Assembly (NCBI GenBank): GCA_965213675.1
Contig: OZ243916.1
Location: 416,001 to 480,000 of the forward strand
DNA from: an uncultured Candidatus Binatia bacterium
Lineage (GTDB): Bacteria > Desulfobacterota > Binatia > UBA9968 > JAJDTQ01
Direction: 5' to 3'
Length of the DNA: 64,000 bases
The position numbers and the translations under genes were made by a program. The notes beneath the pieces are model-generated. The model did no database searches and had not been told where the DNA came from. It worked only from the letters and a program-made list of their open reading frames with translations. This document shows, in pieces, positions 58,305 through 64,000 of this stretch. The stretch's first letter is position 1; every line of letters begins with the position of its first letter.

Positions 58305-59951
58305 ATGAGAACGGTGGACGTGATCGCCCGGATCCTGAAGCGCGAGGGGGTCTCCTACCTGAGCGCCTTTCCCACATCGAACCTGATCGAAGCGGCCGCC
58401 GCCGCCGGCATCCGGCCGATCATCTGCCGTCAGGAACGGGTGGGGGTGGGGATCGCGGACGGCTACAGCCGGGTCCACAACGGCACGCCGCCGGGGGTGT
58501 TCGCCATGCAGTTCGGGCCTGGGGCGGAGAACGCCTACGCGGGCGTGGCCACGGCCTTCTCGGACGCCGTGCCCGTGCTGCTGCTGCCCCTGGGACACGC
58601 GCGTGAACGGGACGGCGTCTTCCCTCAGTTCAGTTCTGTTCGCAACTACGCGCCGGTAACCAAGTTCGTGGAGCAGGTCACCACCGCGGACCGGGTGGTG
58701 GATACCATGAGGCGGGCGTTCGCGCGGCTCAAGATGGGGCGTCCCGGCCCGGTGATGGTGGAGATCCCCGCGGACGTGGCCGGCGAGGAACTCGATGGCG
58801 CAGCGGTGGACCGCTATCGTCCGGTGAAGGCGGCGGTATCGCAGGCGGACCCGCGCGACGTGACGGCCGCGGCCAAGGCGCTGCTGGACGCGCGGGATCC
58901 GGTGATCCTGGCGGGTCAAGGGGTGCTGTACGCGGAGGCGGCCCCCGAGTTGCTGGAGCTGGCGGAACTCACCGGCGTACCCGTGGTGACCACCATGGGC
59001 GGCAAAAGCGCGTTCCCCGAGTCCCACCCGCTGGCGCTGGGCAGCGCTTCCGGCGTCATGAACCGGCCGGTGTACCACTTCCTCAAGAAGGCCGACGTGG
59101 TGCTGGCGGCGGGCACGAGCCTCACCCGCCATCCCATGACCACGCCGGTTCCGGCGGACAAGACCTTCATCCAGGTGACGGACGATCCCATCGACGTGGG
59201 CAAGAACTACGACGTGGAGCATCCGGTCATCGGCGACGCCAGGCTGGTGCTGCGGCAGTTCGTGGAGGCGGCGAGGGACCTGCTGAACGGGCGTTCCCGC
59301 GACCACCGTGCCGCCGCCGGCGCCATCGCCGAATTGCGCGCCGCGTGGCTTGCCGAGTGGAACGCGAAGCTCACCTCCGACGCCGTGCCCATCAACCCGT
59401 ACCGGGTCGTCGCCGAGTTCATGGGCGCGGTGGACCCGGCGCAAGCCATCGTCACCCACGATTCCGGCAGTCCGCGGGACCAGATCATGCCCTTCTATCG
59501 TTCCGCCGGGCCGCGCTCCTACCTCGGTTGGGGCAAGTCCCACGGCTTGGGCACCGGCCTGGGATTGAATCTCGGCGCCAAGCTGGCGGCGCCGGACAAG
59601 TTCGTGGTGAACTTCATGGGCGACGCCGCCTTCGGCATGACCGGGCTCGATTTCGAGACCGCGGTGCGCTCAGACCTGCCGATCCTGACCATCGTGCTCA
59701 ACAATTCCACCATGGCGGTGGAGACGCGCCACATGACCGTGTCCCACGAGCGTTACGGCAGCCGCGACCTGGGCGGAAACTATGCGGACATGGCCCGCGC
59801 CATGGGCGGTTGGGCCGAGCGCGTGGAGGACCCGGCGGACGTGGGCGCCGCCGTCGTGCGCGCCCGGCGCGCCACCGAAGAGGGCAGGGCCGCGCTGCTG
59901 GAGTTCATCACCAGCGCCGAGATCGAGTATTCCCACAAGGGCGCCTTCTGA
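58305..59951 (+). CDS. Thiamine-pyrophosphate-requiring enzyme (acetolactate synthase-like)
   Basis: RQERVG..ADGY, GPGAEN, GRPGPV, GDAAFGM...LNN. Confidence 0.92.
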   Translation: MRTVDVIARILKREGVSYLSAFPTSNLIEAAAAAGIRPIICRQERVGVGIADGYSRVHNGTPPGVFAMQFGPGAENAYAGVATAFSDAVPVLLLPLGHARERDGVFPQFSSVRNYAPVTKFVEQVTTADRVVDTMRRAFARLKMGRPGPVMVEIPADVAGEELDGAAVDRYRPVKAAVSQADPRDVTAAAKALLDARDPVILAGQGVLYAEAAPELLELAELTGVPVVTTMGGKSAFPESHPLALGSASGVMNRPVYHFLKKADVVLAAGTSLTRHPMTTPVPADKTFIQVTDDPIDVGKNYDVEHPVIGDARLVLRQFVEAARDLLNGRSRDHRAAAGAIAELRAAWLAEWNAKLTSDAVPINPYRVVAEFMGAVDPAQAIVTHDSGSPRDQIMPFYRSAGPRSYLGWGKSHGLGTGLGLNLGAKLAAPDKFVVNFMGDAAFGMTGLDFETAVRSDLPILTIVLNNSTMAVETRHMTVSHERYGSRDLGGNYADMARAMGGWAERVEDPADVGAAVVRARRATEEGRAALLEFITSAEIEYSHKGAF

Positions 59952-59992
59952 TTGGGACCGCGCTGGCGGCCCGGAGGCGTTGAAAGGATTCC

Positions 59993-62683
59993 ATGCGAAG
60001 ATCCATCGGTTTGATCGCGCTGGGCGCGTTTATCCTGTTCTCACTGGTCGGCGAGGCCATCTACCTCTACACGGACTATCTGTGGTTCGGTGAGATCGGC
60101 TACTACGGAGTATTCGTCAAGACGTTGTGGATCAAGGTGTTGCTGGGGGTGGTCTCCGGGGTACTGTTCTTCGCCCTCTTCTACGGCAACATCAAGCTGG
60201 CGGCGCGCCGGCGCGAAGGGGTGTTGCCGCTTCAGACCAGCAATCCCGAGGTGCCGGGTTTCGAGGAGCTGGATCCGTTGATTCGCCGGCTGTTGCTGCC
60301 GGTGGCGCTGGTGCTGGGTTTCCTGGCGGCGCCCCAGGCGGCCATGCACTGGGAGTCGGTGCTGCTCTACTTCAACGGGGTTCCGTTCGGCATGCAGGAC
60401 CCGCTCCTGGACAAGGATATCGGCTTCTACCTGTTCGAGCTTCCGGCCATGGACGCGGTCTACCGCTGGTTCCTGGTGGCCTTGGGCGTGATCCTGGTGG
60501 CCACGGCCTTCGTCTATCTCCTCTACGGTGGCGTCCAGTACTCCGAGAACGGGCTCACCGTACACCCCGCCGCCAAAATGCATCTGTCGGTGCTGCTGGC
60601 CCTGGTGCTGCTGGTTCAGTGCGGTGGCTATCTGCTCGACGTCTACAAGCTGCTCAATTCGCACAACGGGGTGGTGTTCGGCGCGGGCTACACCGACATT
60701 CACGCACGCTTGCCGGCGTTGCGCGTGCTCGCGGTGGCGGCGGCGCTGGTGTCGGCGCTGTGCCTGGTGCAGATGCGCCGGCCCGGGCTGCGGCTCCTGT
60801 TCATGGGCCTCGGCGCCCTGGCGGTGGTCCACGCCGTGGGGATGTACGCCTATCCGTCCTTCCTGCAGCAGTTCCACGTCGTCCCCAATGAATTGGTGGC
60901 GGAGACCCCTTATATCGAGCGCAACATCCGCTCCAGCCGGCATGGCTACGGCCTCGACCGGGTCGAGGCCCAGGAGTTCCCGGTGAACGAAGTGCTCACG
61001 GTGGACGACCTGCAGCAGAACGACGCCACCGTCAAGAACATCCGTCTGTGGAACTACCAGCCGCTCTTGTCCACCTATGCGCAGTTGCAGCAGATCCGCA
61101 CCTACTACGAGTTCGTGGACGTGGACAACGACCGCTACAAGATCGACGGCGAGTACCGTCAGGTGATGCTGTCGGCGCGGGAGCTGTCCCACGAGCAGCT
61201 TCCGAGCCGCATCTGGATCAACGAGCACCTGGTGTACACCCACGGCTACGGCGTCGTGTTCAGCCCGGTGAACCAGATCAGCAAGGAGGGGCTGCCCGAG
61301 TTCTTCGTCAAGGACATCCCGCCAGTGTCCAACGGCTTCATCAAGGTGACGCGGCCGGGGATCTATTTCGGCGAGGTGGCCAACGACTACGTGTTCGTGA
61401 ATACGCGGGCGCGCGAGCTGGACTACCCGGCAGGCGACAAGAACGTCTACACTACCTACGAGGGCGGCGGCGGGGTGCCGTTGAGCTCTTTCTGGCGCAA
61501 GCTCCTGTTCTCCGCGCGCTTTGCGACCCTGCGCATCTCACTGTCCAACGACCTCACACCGGAGAGTCGGATACTGTACCATCGCCGCATCCAGGACCGG
61601 GTGCGGAAGCTGGCGCCGTTCCTGGAGTTCGACGAGGATCCCTACCTGGTGGTGACGCCGGAGGGGCGGCTCTTCTGGATCATCGACGGCTACACCACCT
61701 CCGACCGCTACCCCTACTCCGAGCCCACGGAAGGAATCGGCAATTACATTCGCAATTCGGTGAAGACGGTGGTGGACGCCTACAACGGCTCGGTGGACTT
61801 CTACATTGCCGACGCCGGCGACCCTGTGGTGCAGGCCTACGCCAGCGGGTTCCCCGGACTGTTCAAGCCGCTGGAGGCCATGCCCGACGCGCTGCGCGCC
61901 CACGTGCGCTATCCGCAGGACCTGTTCAAGGTGCAGGCCCGGATGTACGCCACCTATCACATGCAGGATCCGCAGGTCTTCTACAACAAGGAGGATCTGC
62001 TGAGCATCCCGAGTCGCACGGTGGACGAGGAAGACCAGCCGATAGAGCCGTACTACACCATCATGCGCCTGCCGGGGGAGGAGAACGAGGAGTTCGTGCT
62101 GCTGCTGCCCTTCACACCCAACAACCGCGACAACATGCGCGCGTGGCTGGCGGCGCGCAGCGACGGCACCCACTACGGCAAGCTCCTGGCCCTCAACTTC
62201 CCCAAGGCCCGGTTGGTCTACGGCCCCAAGCAGGTCGACGCCCGCATCGACCAGGACGCCTTCATCTCCCAGCAGTTGAGTCTGTGGGGCCAGCGCGGCT
62301 CGGAGGTCATTCGCGGCAGCCTGCTGGCCATCCCCATCCAGGATTCGCTGCTGTACGTGCAGTCGCTGTACCTGGCGGCGGAACAGGGCTCGCTGCCCGA
62401 GTTGAAGCGGGTGGTCGCGGTGTTCGGCAACCGCATCGCCATGCGCGAGAATCTCGAGGATGCATTGCGCGAGCTGTTCGGTTCCACGGTCACGGCGGAC
62501 GGGGCGACGCCCGCGCCGGAGGTCACGCCCGCGGTGGCGACCGGGGAGGACGGCGACCCCTCGGTGCGCGCGCTGGAGCAATACCAGCGCTCGATGGAGC
62601 GCCTGCGCGCCGGCGATTGGGCCGGCTTCGGGGATGCGTTGCGTCAGCTCGAGCAGTCGCTCCAGGCGATGCAGAAGCCTTGA
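59993..62683 (+). CDS. UPF0182 family membrane protein
   Basis: TDYLWF, GAGYTDIHA, NIRLW, WINEHLVYTHGYG, NYIRNSVK, GDWAGFG. Confidence 0.95.
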   Translation: MRRSIGLIALGAFILFSLVGEAIYLYTDYLWFGEIGYYGVFVKTLWIKVLLGVVSGVLFFALFYGNIKLAARRREGVLPLQTSNPEVPGFEELDPLIRRLLLPVALVLGFLAAPQAAMHWESVLLYFNGVPFGMQDPLLDKDIGFYLFELPAMDAVYRWFLVALGVILVATAFVYLLYGGVQYSENGLTVHPAAKMHLSVLLALVLLVQCGGYLLDVYKLLNSHNGVVFGAGYTDIHARLPALRVLAVAAALVSALCLVQMRRPGLRLLFMGLGALAVVHAVGMYAYPSFLQQFHVVPNELVAETPYIERNIRSSRHGYGLDRVEAQEFPVNEVLTVDDLQQNDATVKNIRLWNYQPLLSTYAQLQQIRTYYEFVDVDNDRYKIDGEYRQVMLSARELSHEQLPSRIWINEHLVYTHGYGVVFSPVNQISKEGLPEFFVKDIPPVSNGFIKVTRPGIYFGEVANDYVFVNTRARELDYPAGDKNVYTTYEGGGGVPLSSFWRKLLFSARFATLRISLSNDLTPESRILYHRRIQDRVRKLAPFLEFDEDPYLVVTPEGRLFWIIDGYTTSDRYPYSEPTEGIGNYIRNSVKTVVDAYNGSVDFYIADAGDPVVQAYASGFPGLFKPLEAMPDALRAHVRYPQDLFKVQARMYATYHMQDPQVFYNKEDLLSIPSRTVDEEDQPIEPYYTIMRLPGEENEEFVLLLPFTPNNRDNMRAWLAARSDGTHYGKLLALNFPKARLVYGPKQVDARIDQDAFISQQLSLWGQRGSEVIRGSLLAIPIQDSLLYVQSLYLAAEQGSLPELKRVVAVFGNRIAMRENLEDALRELFGSTVTADGATPAPEVTPAVATGEDGDPSVRALEQYQRSMERLRAGDWAGFGDALRQLEQSLQAMQKP

Positions 62684-62729
62684 CCGAGGGCCACGCGACT
62701 CAGCGGCGGGCGGCCATACGAGAGGGCTT

Positions 62730-63566
62730 ATGAGAAGCATGACCGGCTTTGGCCAAGCCATTTTGCAGGACCGGCGCGTCAAGGTCTCCGTACAGATTCG
62801 CAGCGTCAACCATCGCCACGCGGACATACACCTGCGCGTGCCCAAACTCTACCTGAGCCTGGAGGACGCGCTGCGGGAGCAGGCGCGTACGAAGATTCAC
62901 CGGGGGCGCGTGGACATCTACGTGGACCGGACCCCCCTCAAGGGGCGCGGTTACCGGGTGGAGGTGGACGACGCCCTCATGGAGCAGTATTGCGCAGCGC
63001 TCCGGCGCATCAAGGAACGCTTTCAACTCCAGGGTGACATCGATCTCCAATTGGTGCCGCGCCTGCCCGATCTCTTCCAGTTCAAGGAACCGGAGGAGAT
63101 CGACGCGAGCGAGCGCCGGCTCACTCTGCGCGCGCTGGACGCGGCCGTGAAGGCGCTCACGCGGTCGCGGGACCGGGAGGGGCGCAACCTCAAGCGCGAC
63201 ATGATCGCGGAGGCGCGCCGGCTCACTCAAACGGCCCGGCAGCTCGGCAAGAGCGCGGCGTCCATCGACCAGCGTCTCCAGGAGCAGAACGCCGCGGCCA
63301 ATCCCGTCGGCGAGGCCGGCAGCAGCGCGTTCAAGGGCAGCATCAACGAGGAGGTGGTACGGCTCCGCAGCCACGTGGAGATGCTGGCTGGCCTGATGCG
63401 CGAGCGCGAGCCGGTGGGCAAGAAGATCGATTTTCTGCTTCAAGAAGTGCAGCGCGAGTTGACCACCATCGGCGCCAAGGCGCCGCAACTCGAAGTGGTG
63501 CGGCTGGTCCTGGGGGGGAAGGAAGGCGTGGAGAAGATCCGCGAGCAGGTGCAGAACGTGGAATGA
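62730..63566 (+). CDS. yicC: YicC/YloC family endoribonuclease
   Basis: MRSMTGFG, RSVNHR, RGRVD, EEVVRLRSH, GKKIDFLLQE, EKIREQVQNVE. Confidence 0.93.
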   Translation: MRSMTGFGQAILQDRRVKVSVQIRSVNHRHADIHLRVPKLYLSLEDALREQARTKIHRGRVDIYVDRTPLKGRGYRVEVDDALMEQYCAALRRIKERFQLQGDIDLQLVPRLPDLFQFKEPEEIDASERRLTLRALDAAVKALTRSRDREGRNLKRDMIAEARRLTQTARQLGKSAASIDQRLQEQNAAANPVGEAGSSAFKGSINEEVVRLRSHVEMLAGLMREREPVGKKIDFLLQEVQRELTTIGAKAPQLEVVRLVLGGKEGVEKIREQVQNVE

Positions 63567-64000
63567 CGCTCTCGATTCGCAGCTTCACCAAACGCCGTCC
63601 GGGCATCGTCTTCATCGTGTCGGCGCCGTCGGGAGCGGGCAAGACGACGCTGACCCGCAAGGTCCTGAACCGCCACCCCGAGATGAGCCTGTCGGTGTCG
63701 TGCACCACCCGCAAGCCGCGTCCGGGCGAGGTTCGGGGCAGGGACTATCATTTCGTGTCGGAGCGGGATTTCAGGCGCAGGCTTGAGGCCGGCGACTTCG
63801 CCGAGTGGGCGGAGGTGCATGGATGCCTCTACGGCACGCCGCGGCGCGCGCTGGAACGGCAGCTCCACAAGGGACAGGACGTGCTGCTGGACATCGACGT
63901 GCAGGGGGCGCGGCAGATCAAGCAACACTTTCGCAGCGCCGTGGCGGTATTCGTCCTGCCGCCGTCGCTGAAGGAGTTGCGCCGGCGGCTGGCGGCGCGG
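63563..64000 (+). CDS. gmk: Guanylate kinase (3' truncated by window edge)
   Basis: VSAPSGAGKTT, SVSCTTRKPRPGE, DYHFVS, EWAEVHG, LLDIDVQGA, LPPSL. Confidence 0.95.
   Translation, partial: MTLSIRSFTKRRPGIVFIVSAPSGAGKTTLTRKVLNRHPEMSLSVSCTTRKPRPGEVRGRDYHFVSERDFRRRLEAGDFAEWAEVHGCLYGTPRRALERQLHKGQDVLLDIDVQGARQIKQHFRSAVAVFVLPPSLKELRRRLAAR

Noticed and set aside
62730-63600. No DUF370/RemA gene between yicC and gmk
   Set aside because: Direct yicC-gmk adjacency is common and not notable.
1-64000. CRISPR arrays, tRNA/rRNA genes, intact transposases or integrases, selABCD genes
   Set aside because: None recognised by eye. Sec machinery, if present, must lie outside this window.

Overview
High-GC bacterial chromosomal segment packed with accessory catabolic genes. 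It holds two xanthine-dehydrogenase/CoxLMS-type molybdo-hydroxylase operons, three TctC/Bug binding proteins (two with permeases), an RND efflux pair, two UbiD-family decarboxylases, LLM-class flavin/F420 oxidoreductases, amidohydrolases, SDR/AKR enzymes and several hydrolases. It ends in housekeeping genes (UPF0182, yicC, gmk). This repertoire resembles deltaproteobacterial/Binatota-like organisms (inference only). The most notable hidden signal is two genes split by an in-frame UGA exactly where the family's catalytic Cys sits, each followed by a bacterial SECIS-like hairpin: an OsmC-like protein (21013-21588, minus strand, divergent from a UbiD gene) and a UPPC glutaredoxin (27233-27466). 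Both are probable selenoproteins that the ORF track misses. Also found: an unlisted 48-aa zinc-ribbon gene after the second UbiD, two equal-length tandem paralogue pairs, a pseudo-receiver protein, a MITE-like repeat family at gene ends, and two gene remnants. All family calls come from motif recognition by eye; no database searches were run.
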